Assembly: GCA_964234715.1 (NCBI GenBank)
Contig: OZ174286.1
Reading direction: 5' to 3' (one strand)
Length of the DNA: 64,000 nt
Source: Podarcis melisellensis
Lineage: Eukaryota
Both the position numbers and the translations under genes were made by a program. Positions within the stretch are counted from its first letter, which is position 1; each line of letters begins with the position of its first letter. This document shows positions 25,068-36,670 of this stretch, piece after piece. The notes below the pieces were generated by a model. It had not been told where the DNA came from, did no database searches, and was given only the letters and a program-made list of their open reading frames with translations.

Positions 25068-25322
25068 TAGAAAGGCAGGATTTAGCTGTAGTTGACAGAA
25101 AGCCTCTTCAATTTCCCCTAAAAGTTCAGGCTGCTCTTAGAAATGTATGTATTAAAAAAAAAAGCCTCAACTCTTATCCAAGCAATTTCAGGATTTGAAA
25201 GAATAAAGAAGATAAAATGCAGAGACCTGGATATGAGAAATGCTGTTAATTTGGAAGCTTCTAATGGTTGTGAAGTCAACGGTGAAAGGTTCTTTAGCAT
25301 TTAAATATGTGGCTTAGTGTAG

Positions 25323-25323
<1 letters not shown>

Positions 25324-25360
<37 letters not shown>
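25324..25360. repeat. (TG)n microsatellite
   Basis: Direct reading. Confidence 0.95.
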
Positions 25361-25363
<3 letters not shown>

Positions 25364-26719
25364 GCATGGCTACATAGTTCTGCTTTCTTCTAATCAATCA
25401 GCATCCAGGCAGACCCTATCGCCATCCAGGGTGTGATTTCAGAGCAGAGGACTCTAATGACCACATGCAGCTCATCAGTTGCTCAGATAGTGGCCAGGGC
25501 GTCTTCCAAAACTGGTTGGGGTGGAATTTTTTTCTTTCTCTCAGTGCATCAATGAAACAAGAGGGCATCTTAAACAAATGCATATTACGTTAGCTTAGTT
25601 AGGAGCATTAAGTGAGAGAAGGTTAGAGACGTTTCTTTGACCCTCCCTTTTTGGGGGTGGTGGTGGGGGTGTTATACGGATATCTGCACACTAATGTAGT
25701 CTTGACAGGCTGCTTAAATCCAGCAAGAGCTGTCAGCAGGAGAAAACAACGAACACACATATTTCAGAAAAACGCATCACACATATGCACTAATTTCAAC
25801 ATATATTCTGTCATATAAGGTGCCGTTCTTGAACTGGTTAACAAAGAAGCTTTTCAACCCTGATATTGTTGTGATTGAGTCATGGTGAATTGGATAAATA
25901 GTGTAAAGTTTAGCCCACTGGAGGGGGCAAGTGTGAATTATGTCAGTTCTTTTGAGCTCACTGCAGAAGACATTTGAGCCTTTGACACCATATAATTTGT
26001 GGCTGAGTGATTGGAAAGAATTAATAGATACGAATTACTCAGAATCATTTACATATGTGTGCATTTACATATATCATCTCCTATCCAGACATCATATAGC
26101 GTTAGGCCTATTAAGTTTCAGTATCAGTAATGTGTCCTATGCCTTCACATCGTAGGTTAGAAATCAAAAGAGGTATAAAGTGTGAGAGTAATGGGGGGGG
26201 GAGAGGTTCAAAACGAGGTTTGATCATTCATATAAAGACTTTTATCTTGAATTGATTCACCAAAATTTCAGTGCTTTCAAGTCACACTGATTTTATTACA
26301 AGAGTTGAGTCAGGGCAATTCATATGTTTGTGTTTTGGTTGGATGATGCCCCTCTCATAGTTGCTGCCTTACAGTTTGGCTTCTTTAACCCTTTTGCCAG
26401 GACATCATAAACTGACAGAATGACATCTGCTTCACACATACCTCTTCCGGTGTGATTGGCACATTTCAGTGGCTGCTCCTATACAAATCTATCCAAAGAG
26501 TTTTTCAGTATAATTCTTCCTAGTTGCTGTTTACATAATGCTCAAGTGACAGCTGGCCCCTTAAGAAGTTCTTGTGTGTTACATAGACACAATGTCAGGA
26601 TAAATCTCATGTGCGGACGTCTTCACAAGTAGGTGGCTTGATATGACAGCATCCAGTGACACAGGGACAGGTACATGGGAATAGGTTTCTGACACAAAAG
26701 TTTTTATTAAATTTATATA

Positions 26720-26956
26720 CAGTGGTACCTCAGGTTAAGTACTTAATTCGTTCCAGAGGTCCGTTCTTAACCTGAAACTGTTCTTAACCTGAAGCACCAC
26801 TTTAGCTAATGGAGCCTCCCGCTGCCGCCGCACCGCCACTGCATGATTTCTGTTCTTATCCTGAAGCAAAGTTCTTAACCCGAGGTAGTATTTCTGGGTT
26901 AGTCTATAACCTGAAGCGTATGTAACCTGAAGTGTATGTAACCTGAGGTACCACTG
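26720..26956. mobile_element. Tc1/mariner (Tigger-like) MITE
   Basis: TIRs cagtggtacctcaggtta / taacctgaggtaccactg with TA TSD; internal taacctgaa repeats. Confidence 0.92.
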
Positions 26957-26958
26957 TA

Positions 26959-27453
26959 CTGCCCTTCTTCCAAGGATCACAGGGCAGTTTACTGTATAAA
27001 AACAGGAAAAGGACATAGCATAATAACAAACATAACAATAACCACCACCCTGCACCAGTTCTAAATATATTGTTTAATTAGCCAAAAGAGACGGAATGAA
27101 GGTGCCAGGCAAGCCTCCTTGGGGAGATCATTCCCTCACAGAATGGGCCCATTCTCATGTTGCCATCCTCCCGACCTCTTGTGGAGGGGGGACACAAAGA
27201 AGAGCCTCAAATGGAGAGGCCAGGGTCCAGGTCGGTTCATATGGAAAGAGGCAGTCCTTGAGGTATTGCAGTCCTGAACCATTTAAGGCTTTATAGGTCA
27301 AAACCAGTACTTTGAATTGGGCCCAGAAACTAATCAGCAGCCAGGCCAGGTTCGGTGTTATCCGCTCAACCCTTCTTGCCCCAGTGAAGCAATCTGGCTG
27401 CTGAATTCTGCACCGTCTTCAGAAGCAGCCCCATGTATAAAGCATTTCAGTAA
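26959..27453 (-). mobile_element. L2-type LINE 3' fragment (tail at ~26701 split by the MITE)
   Basis: tttatta...tata|ctgcccttcttcc tail; ggctttataggtcaaaaccagtactttgaattgggccc motif. Confidence 0.7.
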
Positions 27454-28939
27454 CCGACAGTTTTAGTTAGTGCTTGTATCTTGGTTCACTTCCTGTCTTG
27501 ACTTGGCTCAATTATTTGAATTATTTCTTCAGCAAAATCATTTTAATGATGCATCTTTATTTACAAACGGTGGTCCTAATCGCCTAGACTGATCTTTAGG
27601 GTGGGTTGAGGCTGTCAGAGAGCTAGGGTGTTAAAATAGATTCTCTTCCTCTGTATTACCTTACTCTGTTGAAAGGAGTTTTTGATAGGAAATTATAGAG
27701 CTTTGCTTCCCAATAAGAGGAAGAGTTAGCTTTGAACCACAGAGGGGGACAGCAGGACCTGAGCCCCATGTTTCATCAAGGAAGGAAAGAATTGATATCT
27801 TCTCTAGTTTGGCTTCAATGATGGTATGGTAGATATTCTCCTGCTACGTTGTTGCCTAAGAGACTTGGGCATTATTGGTCTTCACTCCCATGTGTGAGGT
27901 TATGGAGCCTAGCTGAAGTTAATGGACTGAGAATGTTGGAGGAGGATCATAGAGCAAGTCTTATTCAGGCGTTTGCCCGGGTGTACATGGAAGGAGATGC
28001 AAGACTCTTCTTCTTACCATCCTCTTGGCTGCAGTCTCACATCTTTGTATGCTAATCTGAAGGCCTGGAAAGGGATTCTTTGTGTTTTCTGCTGAATGCA
28101 CTTAGAATCCTCCCTGCATTTGGGAGACCCAGTTGCACAGGATTCCTGATAGTGGGGCAGATTCTGCAGAACTCTCAAAGAAGCCCCCTCAGACTTTCCT
28201 GCTCAACACTTAAAGGTTGGATCTGGAACTAGCAGGGATGGAGATGTTGGGTTTGGGTTGCCCTGCTCCAATTCCTTAATATGTGTGGTGAGAACACTTG
28301 AGTAGGGTTGAGGATCAGAATGACCAGAACAGAGGGTAATGCTAGGGAAGGCAGGAGGTTTGAGAAGAGATAATTTTGCATGTTAGCTGGAGTAGCTAAA
28401 GGGTGGGGGGGGATTACACATACCTTATAATGTCTTGATATACCATTATGCATTTGTGGGAGCTGATGCATTGAATACAACTGAACCAAGTGCTTCCCCA
28501 GACCCAAAAACGCGAGCCACTATTTATTTTTTTTTTTTTATAATAATGTTTTTATTTGCTTTTTTCCAAGGTCAGATACATCGTCAGTTATTCAACAAAG
28601 GCAGTTTTACAGAAAGAAAAGGAAAAAGGTTATAAGCAAAAAAGAGATCTTACTTTACAAAACAATTTTTCATGATCTACTGGACTTCCCCACATCTTCC
28701 ATCCCCTGCATCTTTTTCAATAAAATAAAGTTACAGCAAATTAATACCTTGTTTCCTGTGTTTTGTACTTTCCTCAATTGTATATTAGGTTTAGGGGAAA
28801 TATTGTTAGTTCACAATTCCAACAGTCCTCAATATAGAAACTTTACCCTAGACTTTAGTCATTTCATCATCAGAACTTAAATTCAGCAATATCAAAAATT
28901 TGAAATCTGAAGCTTGTTGTCTAAAAACTTAACAAATTC

Positions 28940-31900
28940 TCAACATTCACATAACTTATAATGTTTTTGTAAATAGTCCTTAAATTTTTTCCAGTCCTCT
29001 TCCACTGCCTCTTCTCCCAGGTCTCGGATTCTGCCAGTCATTTCGGCCAGTTCCATATAGTCCATCAGCTGCGTATGCCACTCTTCCAGCGTGGGTAGCT
29101 CCTGTACCTTCCAATATTTAGCCAATAGAATTCTTGCTGCTGTAGTTGCATATAAAAAGAAAGTTCTATCCTTCTTTGTCACTCTCTGGCCCACAATGCC
29201 CAGGAGAAAGGCCTCTGGTTTCTTAGTAAAGGTATACTTAAATACCTTTTTCAACTCATTATAAACCATTTCCCAGAATGCCTTCACCTTCGGGCATGTC
29301 CACCAGAGGTGAAAGAACGTTCCTTCAGCTTCCTTACACTTCCAACACCTTTTATCAGACAAATGGTAAATCTTTGCAAGTTTGACTGGGGTCATGTACC
29401 ACCTATATATCATTTTCATAATGTTTTCTTTCAAGGCACTACATGCCGTGAATTTCATATCGGTGTTCCATAACCTTTCCCAGTCTTCAAACATGATGTT
29501 GTAACCAATGTCTTGAGCCCATTTAATCATAGCTGATTTAACTAACTCATCTTGTGTATTCCATTTAAGCAGCAAGTTATACATTCTTGAGAGCACTTTC
29601 GTCTTAGGTTCAAGTAGTTCTGTCTCTAATTTTGATTTTTCCACCTGGAAACCAATCTTTTTATCTTTTTTAAACATCTCTTGAATTTGGGCATAGAGAA
29701 ACCAGTCTCGCACCTTGTCCTTTATTTTTTCTAAACTCTGCAGCTTCCAATTATCTCCAACTTTTTCTATTATCTCACAATATTTAGCCCAACCACTCTC
29801 CATGTTAAGTACTTTGGTGGTCTTCGCCTCCGTTGGTGACAACCACCTCGGTGTCTTATTTTCAAATAAGTCCTTGTATCTAGTCCAGACATTAAACAAA
29901 GCTTTCCTGACAATATGGCTCTTGAACAATTTATGTACCTTTACCTTGTCGTACCACAAATATGCATGCCATCCAAAAGCATTGTTAAACCCTTCCAGAT
30001 CTAGGACATCAGTGTTTTCTAGTAGAAACCAATCCTTCAGCCAGCAGAAGGATGCTGCCTCATAGTATAACCTTAAGTCCGGCAGGGCAAACCCCCCTCT
30101 TTCTTTAGCATCTGTTAGTATTTTAAGTTTTATCCGGGGCCTTTTGCCCTGCCAGACAAATTTCGTAATGTCCTTCTGCCACTTTCCAAAACACTCCACT
30201 CTATCCACGATCTGCAGGGTTTGAAACAAGAATAACATCTTTGGCAATACATTCATCTTTACAGCTGCAATTCTTCCCGACAAGGTAAGTTTTAGTCTTG
30301 ACCAGATTTCTAAATCCTTTTTAATTTCAATCCAGCATTTTTCATAATTATCTTTGAATAAATTCAAGTTTTTCCCGGTCAAATTCACCCCCAGGTATTT
30401 CACTTTTTTAGCCACATTTAACTCCGTTTCTTTCTGAAACTCATCTATTTCTAAAGAAGTCAGATTTTTCGCCAAAACCTTTGTTTTTTGTTTGTTCAAC
30501 TTGAATCCTGCCACCTGACCAAACTCATAAATTAATTCTAAAGCTCTTTTAGTACTAGATTCTGGCTCCTGTAGTGTTAAAACCAAATCATCTGCAAAGG
30601 CCTTCAACTTGTATTGTTTACCTCCGACCTGTATTCCTTGTACCTCCCGATCCTTTCTAATCAAGTTCAGCAGTACCTCCAGGACCGAGATAAATAGCAG
30701 GGGTGATAGGGGGCACCCCTGTCGTGTTCCTTTTTCAATTCTGAACTCTTCTGTCACCACATTATTCACTATCAATTTAGCTTTTTGCTCTGAATAGATT
30801 GCTTCTATACCATTTTGAAACGCCCCTCCCACTCCCATCCCTTCCAAATTTCTCTTCATAAATTTCCAAGATATATTGTCAAAGGCCTTCTCTGCATCTA
30901 TAAAAATTAATACAGCTCTTGTGTTCAAATTTGTCTGTAGTAGCTCCAGAACATCTATAATGTTCCTAGTGTTGTCAGACAGATGTCTACCAGGGAGAAA
31001 GCCTGCTTGGTCTTTATGAATTACTTCATTCAGAACTTTTTTAAATCTACTTGCCAGAATGTCAGCAAAAATTTTGTAATCCACATTCAGGAGTGAAATA
31101 GGACGATAATTCTTGAGTTGAGTCTTTTCAGATTCCAATTTTGGTATCAAAGTGATGAATGCTTCTTTCCACGATTCCGGAGCCCCCTTCCCCTCCATAA
31201 TTTGGTTACACACCTCCACTAATGGTTGAATCAAATAATCTTTTAAAACCTTGTAATATTTGGAGGTGAGTCCATCTGGGCCTGGGGATTTCCCCAATTG
31301 CATGTTCTGAATGGCACTTTCTATTTCCTGCTGTGTTATTCTGTAATTCAGGGTTGTTTGTTTATCTTGGGATAATTTTTTCAATCCGTTACTTTTTAAA
31401 AATTGAATAATCTCCTCCTCCGCCTGTGGACCTTGAGTAAACAGTTTTTTGAAATATCTCTGGAAACACTTTCTAATTTCTTCTGGTTTCTGAATACTTT
31501 CTCCATCAACCTCCAAGTTGGTAATAGAATTCAATTTGTGTCTCTTTTTCAGCTGCCATGCTAATAATTTTCCACATTTGTTTGCTGATTCAAAAGATCT
31601 TTGTTTCATTTGTTTAATTTTCCATTCTACTTCTTGGTTTATCAATTTGGCATATTGTGCTTGATGGAACTTAATTTCTCTTAACACTTCTTTTGACTTT
31701 GGGTTAAGTCTAAGTCTTTTTTCACCCTCTCGTATCTTCTCTAAAATCTTATCTCTTTTCCCATTCCAGAGTTTTTTCTTAATAGAATTTTGTTGAATCA
31801 GAAACCCCCTCATTACAGCTTTGCTTGCGTCCCAGATTGTTCTCTTGTCCACCGGGGTATTCATATTGATTTCAAAATAATCCTTCAACGTTTTTTGGGC

Positions 31901-32680
31901 CTTCTTCACAATCTCCTGATCTCTGAACAAAGTGTCATTCATTCTCCATCTGAAGGATCCAGCTGGCACAAGTCTCAGATCCATTTTCAATGCGTTATGG
32001 TCGGAGCAGGTTTTAGGGCAGATCTCTATTTTTTTTGTCTTAGGGGCCAGCCCTCTAGTTATCCAAATTTGGTCAATTCTTGTCCATGATAGGTGAGCCT
32101 CAGAAAAGAAAGTCCCTTCTTTACCTAGTGGGTTTTTGGTCCTCCAAATGTCGATCAAGTCCATATTGTCTGTCAGTTCAAAAAAAGATTTAGGTAGTCT
32201 GCCATCTTTAGTCAAATTTTGGTTTTGTGACTTATCCATATGTGTAGAGACGACTCCATTCATATCTCCCATCAAAATGATGTTAGTGTAGTCTATATGA
32301 TCCAACATTATCTCATGCAGCTTTTTGTAAAATTCCGCTTTCCCCTCATTTGGTGCATATACTCCTACTATCAAAAATTTTTCTCCTTGTGTTTGGATTT
32401 CAATCGCCAAAATTCTTCCTTGTTCATCTTTAAATATCAACTTTGGTGCTAGGTTCTCTTTTGCATAAATCACTACTCCTCTTTTCTTAACTTTGTCTGA
32501 GGAAACAAATTCTTGGCCTAATTTTTTGTTAATTAAAACTCTCCTATGGAGCCTAGTCACATGTGTTTCTTGTAGGCATATGATGTCCAATTGTTCCTTT
32601 CTCAATATGTGAAAAATCTTTTTCCTTTTCTCAGGGGAATTTGCACCATGAATGTTCCAACTAAATAGCTGCAGAGACAT
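28940..32680 (-). CDS. L1 ORF2p (APE endonuclease, reverse transcriptase, CCHC domain), 1246 aa
   Basis: Endonuclease motifs SWNIHG, LQETH, YAPN, GDMN, RIDQIW, SDH. RT motifs KSPGPDG, YRPISLLN, DAEKAFD, GTRQGCPLSP, FADD, KYLG. Zinc knuckle CWKC..H..WTC. Confidence 0.97.
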   Translation of the reverse strand: MSLQLFSWNIHGANSPEKRKKIFHILRKEQLDIICLQETHVTRLHRRVLINKKLGQEFVSSDKVKKRGVVIYAKENLAPKLIFKDEQGRILAIEIQTQGEKFLIVGVYAPNEGKAEFYKKLHEIMLDHIDYTNIILMGDMNGVVSTHMDKSQNQNLTKDGRLPKSFFELTDNMDLIDIWRTKNPLGKEGTFFSEAHLSWTRIDQIWITRGLAPKTKKIEICPKTCSDHNALKMDLRLVPAGSFRWRMNDTLFRDQEIVKKAQKTLKDYFEINMNTPVDKRTIWDASKAVMRGFLIQQNSIKKKLWNGKRDKILEKIREGEKRLRLNPKSKEVLREIKFHQAQYAKLINQEVEWKIKQMKQRSFESANKCGKLLAWQLKKRHKLNSITNLEVDGESIQKPEEIRKCFQRYFKKLFTQGPQAEEEIIQFLKSNGLKKLSQDKQTTLNYRITQQEIESAIQNMQLGKSPGPDGLTSKYYKVLKDYLIQPLVEVCNQIMEGKGAPESWKEAFITLIPKLESEKTQLKNYRPISLLNVDYKIFADILASRFKKVLNEVIHKDQAGFLPGRHLSDNTRNIIDVLELLQTNLNTRAVLIFIDAEKAFDNISWKFMKRNLEGMGVGGAFQNGIEAIYSEQKAKLIVNNVVTEEFRIEKGTRQGCPLSPLLFISVLEVLLNLIRKDREVQGIQVGGKQYKLKAFADDLVLTLQEPESSTKRALELIYEFGQVAGFKLNKQKTKVLAKNLTSLEIDEFQKETELNVAKKVKYLGVNLTGKNLNLFKDNYEKCWIEIKKDLEIWSRLKLTLSGRIAAVKMNVLPKMLFLFQTLQIVDRVECFGKWQKDITKFVWQGKRPRIKLKILTDAKERGGFALPDLRLYYEAASFCWLKDWFLLENTDVLDLEGFNNAFGWHAYLWYDKVKVHKLFKSHIVRKALFNVWTRYKDLFENKTPRWLSPTEAKTTKVLNMESGWAKYCEIIEKVGDNWKLQSLEKIKDKVRDWFLYAQIQEMFKKDKKIGFQVEKSKLETELLEPKTKVLSRMYNLLLKWNTQDELVKSAMIKWAQDIGYNIMFEDWERLWNTDMKFTACSALKENIMKMIYRWYMTPVKLAKIYHLSDKRCWKCKEAEGTFFHLWWTCPKVKAFWEMVYNELKKVFKYTFTKKPEAFLLGIVGQRVTKKDRTFFLYATTAARILLAKYWKVQELPTLEEWHTQLMDYMELAEMTGRIRDLGEEAVEEDWKKFKDYLQKHYKLCEC

Positions 32681-32694
32681 CTTGAATCAAATTG

Positions 32695-33735
32695 TTAGCC
32701 AGTAGGAGTGTCTTTCTTGCTGTCAAGATCTGGAGGTAATGCACCAGGCGGAGGTGGTGGCCAGGCACCTGCTACTCCTTTCCGAAGGTCCTCCCCGTAG
32801 TCGTTCAAAAATTTTTCTTGGTCTTCTGCTGATCTAATTCTCACTTTTTTCCCTTTAATGCTGAAGGATAGTCCTTGAGGGAATTCCCACCTATAAGGGA
32901 TTGTGTTGTTTCTCAGTAGGCTTGCGAGGTCTTTATATGCAATTCTTAAATCCAACAGCTGTTTCGGAATGTCTCTGAAGATTTCTGCAGTTCTTCCCTG
33001 AATCACCAATGTATTTTTAAAATGAAGGCCGAGTATGTTATCTTTTTCTTGCTTAGATCTCAAAATGACCAAGCAATCTCTTGGTTTGTCCTTCTTTGCT
33101 ACTCTTCCCAGCCTGAAGGCGGTGACAATTTTAAAGTCCTTGTCTTCTGCGATACCCCAGAACTTTGATATTTCTGCCGTCAGGTAGCTGATCAAATCTT
33201 CTTTCTCAAGTTCTGGTATATTCCTAATCCTAAGGTTGCTTTCCCGGTTTTTCAATTCTGCCATGGACAGGTAGGCTTGCTGTTCATTAAGCTGTCTGCT
33301 CAGTGGTCTTACTTCTCCTCTTACTTCCTCTATCCTCTTTTTATTTTGGTCTGCCTTTAAATTTGCTTCTTCGGCTAATTTACGATTTTCTGCTGTTGTT
33401 GCCTGCAAATTTCCAATGGCCTCTAAATTTTTAGAAACTTGGTCAGTCAATTTGTTGATTGTGGCTGTCACCTGATCAAACTTAGAGGCCTGCTCATCTG
33501 CCTTTTTATTTAACGCTGCCAGCTGTTCCAAAATTTCCTTAGATACAGGATCTAGTCCTCCTGCAGCCATGTCCCGAAAAGCTGGCTGTTTAATTTCTCC
33601 TTCTTGCAGACCTGTAACTATTGGAACTGATGATCTGCGAGGCTGCACCGGCAAGGTTGTTTGTATTAGCTCAGATTGTTTTGCTTTTTTGGCAGCTCTT
33701 GTTTTTGCGGCTCCACTCATTCCACAGCTGTCCAT
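32695..33735 (-). CDS. L1 ORF1p (coiled coil, RRM, CTD), up to 346 aa
   Basis: Heptad-rich N-terminal half, NRESNLRIRNIPE RRM entry motif, KPRDCLV, IFRDIP, YRWEFP; 14-nt spacer before ORF2. True start Met uncertain. Confidence 0.92.
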   Translation of the reverse strand: MDSCGMSGAAKTRAAKKAKQSELIQTTLPVQPRRSSVPIVTGLQEGEIKQPAFRDMAAGGLDPVSKEILEQLAALNKKADEQASKFDQVTATINKLTDQVSKNLEAIGNLQATTAENRKLAEEANLKADQNKKRIEEVRGEVRPLSRQLNEQQAYLSMAELKNRESNLRIRNIPELEKEDLISYLTAEISKFWGIAEDKDFKIVTAFRLGRVAKKDKPRDCLVILRSKQEKDNILGLHFKNTLVIQGRTAEIFRDIPKQLLDLRIAYKDLASLLRNNTIPYRWEFPQGLSFSIKGKKVRIRSAEDQEKFLNDYGEDLRKGVAGAWPPPPPGALPPDLDSKKDTPTG

Positions 33736-35407
33736 GTAGCAAGGTCAAATTGTAAATCCCATGGGAAAGACAAACCGAAAGGTAAACATCCAGGCAGAAG
33801 CTTTACAAAAAACCCTGCAGTTCCCAGAGACTATATATTCCACAATCCAGTAGGGGGAGCTTCCCAAAAGTTAAGAGAAAAAAAAGGTGAAAAGTTTCCA
33901 CCATTAAATTCCCCTCTTTAAAAGTTCCAAAAAGTTCCAAAAGTTAAAGAAAAACCGAAAACCAAGGGGTAGAACCTTCAAAAGTTCATTTAAACTAGCA
34001 GAGAGTACGTGTTCTTTACAGTGGTGCATGCACAGTTCCTTATTTGTAACCACAAAAGTAGCCCCAAAGTAACTTTAAAGTCTTATATACAGTTACCGCA
34101 GTCTGATGATTTTTGTATCCAGACAGCCCGAGAGCTGTTTTGAAACTTTGTAATCCACACAAAAGAGAAAGGAAGAGGTTGCTGCCTATATCCTCTTGTA
34201 AAAAAGAAATTCTCAACTTTTCTTAACTTTCCATGCACTTTAATTCGAATTTGCAAGGTGTACTCCAACTTCTTAAAAGTCCCTCTCAGCGCTTCAGATT
34301 TATAGCTCTTTGCTTGGTGTTTAAACAGAGCCGGAAGACGGACTTCCTTTTTAACGTCTCCCGCTTTCAGCCAAATTTCAGAAATTTAGAGTCCCAAATC
34401 TCAAAAACCTTACTCACGAGTAAGTTGATTCCAATCGAATGTTCAAGGAAGAAAGGTCAGCGCTCATCAGCAGCAGCCGCGCGGCTTCACTCCCGCGGAA
34501 AGAGCGATGAACTCACAGCACCGCTACCCCCTCCACGTTCCGGAGCCCCTTACGGGGTCCCTTCTTCGTTTCCGAGGTCGCTCTTGGTGCCCGCCGAGTC
34601 CCACGACCACAGGCTCACTCTACCTGTGGTTTTTCTTAACGGGTCTCCGCTTTGCCGTAGCGGACGACCCTTTTCCGCGGAGCCCCTCTTCACAGCGCGA
34701 AGAGGACCGCCATTGCTGTTTCGCGCCGCCTCCGGAAGTCCCAACGCGAGCCACTATTTAGAAGCACACAGCACTTTATCATGTCCCTAGAGACTCTTGA
34801 TAAAATCATGCATATTTCAGCTTTCCTTTAAAAACATTTTGCTCACCTTCGTGTTTGCAGAAAATACCTTGTAAACATGGCACCTGCATATTGCAATAGA
34901 AAACCCCAAATGAAAAATTAGGAGAAAAATAAAATGAATTCCTACTTTAATTATTTATAAAAAATAAGGATTTTGGGAGTCATTCTCATTATTTTCACGA
35001 GCCCGACGTAAATCTCTCAACACAGCAGTTGCAGGAGTCATGGTTAACTTGTCTGAGAGGCAATGGGTACCAGCCTCAACAGAGAACTCCTCCTGTGGTT
35101 TAGCTGTATATGATCCCTGCAGATCTTCGTTTAGTTAATTGGCTACTGCCTTGATAAATGTTTGCGATGACCAGAATATTTAGCATTTCTGTTCTGTTGA
35201 GGAGCTCCTAAGAGTGGTACCCCACCATATGCCACCCCTCAGCCACTGCAAATATGCGCAAATTAAACTGATTTGCATATATGTGAATATATCTGCAAAT
35301 TTCATTTCATTCTAACTATCAGACCACCAAAGACTTTACCATTTTTGGCAAGTGTTGAAATACTATGCCAAGAAGGAGGTGGTCACAGAAGCAGAGAAGA
35401 ATAGACA

Positions 35408-36048
35408 TTTGACTGGCTGGATGATGTGTGGGGGGATGCACCTTCTGGGAAACCCCCAGGGGAAACCCCAGAGGAGGAAGGCTCAGAGCCTGGGGATCGG
35501 TGGTGGGACACCAAGGAGAGATCAGGGGAGAAGGGTGGGGAGGAGTTGTTGCATGCTGAAGGGGCAACAGGATTTAGTGAACAGGGGGAGCGTGTGATGG
35601 AGCAGTTCCAACTTGGAGGCTGAAGCAAAAGAGGATGGACAAGAGACTGCAGAAGGACACAGAGAGCCTGCTTGTCTCCAAGGACACTCAGAGAGATGTG
35701 TAGAGCGGAATAGAGATTAGAGATGCCCAGAGCAGTTTGAAACTGCTTGGCAAACATCGGGCAGAGGAGGAGCCTTTGAGGGGGTTGAAGGTGAGGATAA
35801 GACTTACTTGTATGCCATTTCTTTGAATAAAGAGTTACCATATTTTTCTGTGTATAAGACTAGGTTTTTCCCCTAAAAAATTAGGGGCGTCTTATACATG
35901 AATACATCTTCCCCAATTTTCTTAAATCAGAATCTCCCAAAATAGGGGGCGTCTTATACATGGGGGCGTCATATAGACGGAAAAATACCGTAACTTGTTT
36001 AACAGACTGCTCCTTGCTTGCTGACTGGCATCTGACTCCATCCTTGAC
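35408..36048 (+). mobile_element. Degraded LTR copy (same family as 41448-42043) with nested MITE
   Basis: gactggctgg...gaaggctcagagcctggg start, AATAAA near 35826, ends in ttgaca. Confidence 0.55.
35838..35990. mobile_element. Tc1/mariner-type MITE
   Basis: TA-ccatatttttctgtgtataagac / gtcatatagacggaaaaataccg-TA; internal ggggcgtcttataca repeats. Confidence 0.75.
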
Positions 36049-36488
36049 AGCAAGGAGAGAAACAGGGTGCTGAAATCTGTTGTAAGAAAGTGAAACACCC
36101 GCCCAGCCAATTTTCTTTTTGGAAGTTCTTTGTCCAAAGAGACTGACATATCAGTCATTTTTTACGTGGCATCAGGAACGCACAAGGTTCTGGATGTTGG
36201 TTCTCCATAAACCCGTACACACTTAGCATTGCATGAGGGCATGAGAGGAGCGATGCTTGCCAACATTCCTCCTCACTATTCCAGACCCCCTGCGTTCCAC
36301 ACATTATGGGATGGGGTCGTGTGAGGGGATACTTCAGAAATTGGAAGTTTTTTGTTTTTGTTTGTTACTGTGTTATGTATTGTTGTGTCTTTATATTGTA
36401 AATTGCCCTCAGATGAAGGGCGGTATAGAAATTTATTTATTTATTTAATGAAAAATTCAAAGTGCAGGTTATAATTGCCATTACAGTA

Positions 36489-36670
36489 CCGTATTTACCC
36501 AAGTCTAATGCGCCATTGAGTCTTAATGCACACCTAAATTTTCAGAACCCTGAAACCAAAAAAAGTGTTTGCTGGCGAATGTAAATGTGCCATCAAATCT
36601 AATGCACACCTTAATTTTTGCGATGTAATTTGGCCAAAAAAGTTGAGAATTAGATTCAAGTAAAATAAGG
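36489..36670. mobile_element. Tc1/mariner-type MITE
   Basis: TA-ccgtatttacccaagtctaa / ttagattcaagtaaaataagg-TA; internal taatgcacacct repeats. Confidence 0.7.

Larger units (their letters stand above)
28527..34742 (-). mobile_element. Full-length L1 retrotransposon (~6.2 kb), antisense to GLI3
   Basis: 18-bp TSD aacgcgagccactattta (28509-28526, 34743-34760); A13 tail; AATAAA at 28551-28556 (-); GC-rich 5' end GGGACTTCCGG...CAATGGCGG; two intact ORFs. Confidence 0.97.

Noticed and set aside
29715-32452. Plus-strand ORFs within the L1
   Set aside because: Antisense shadows of ORF2.
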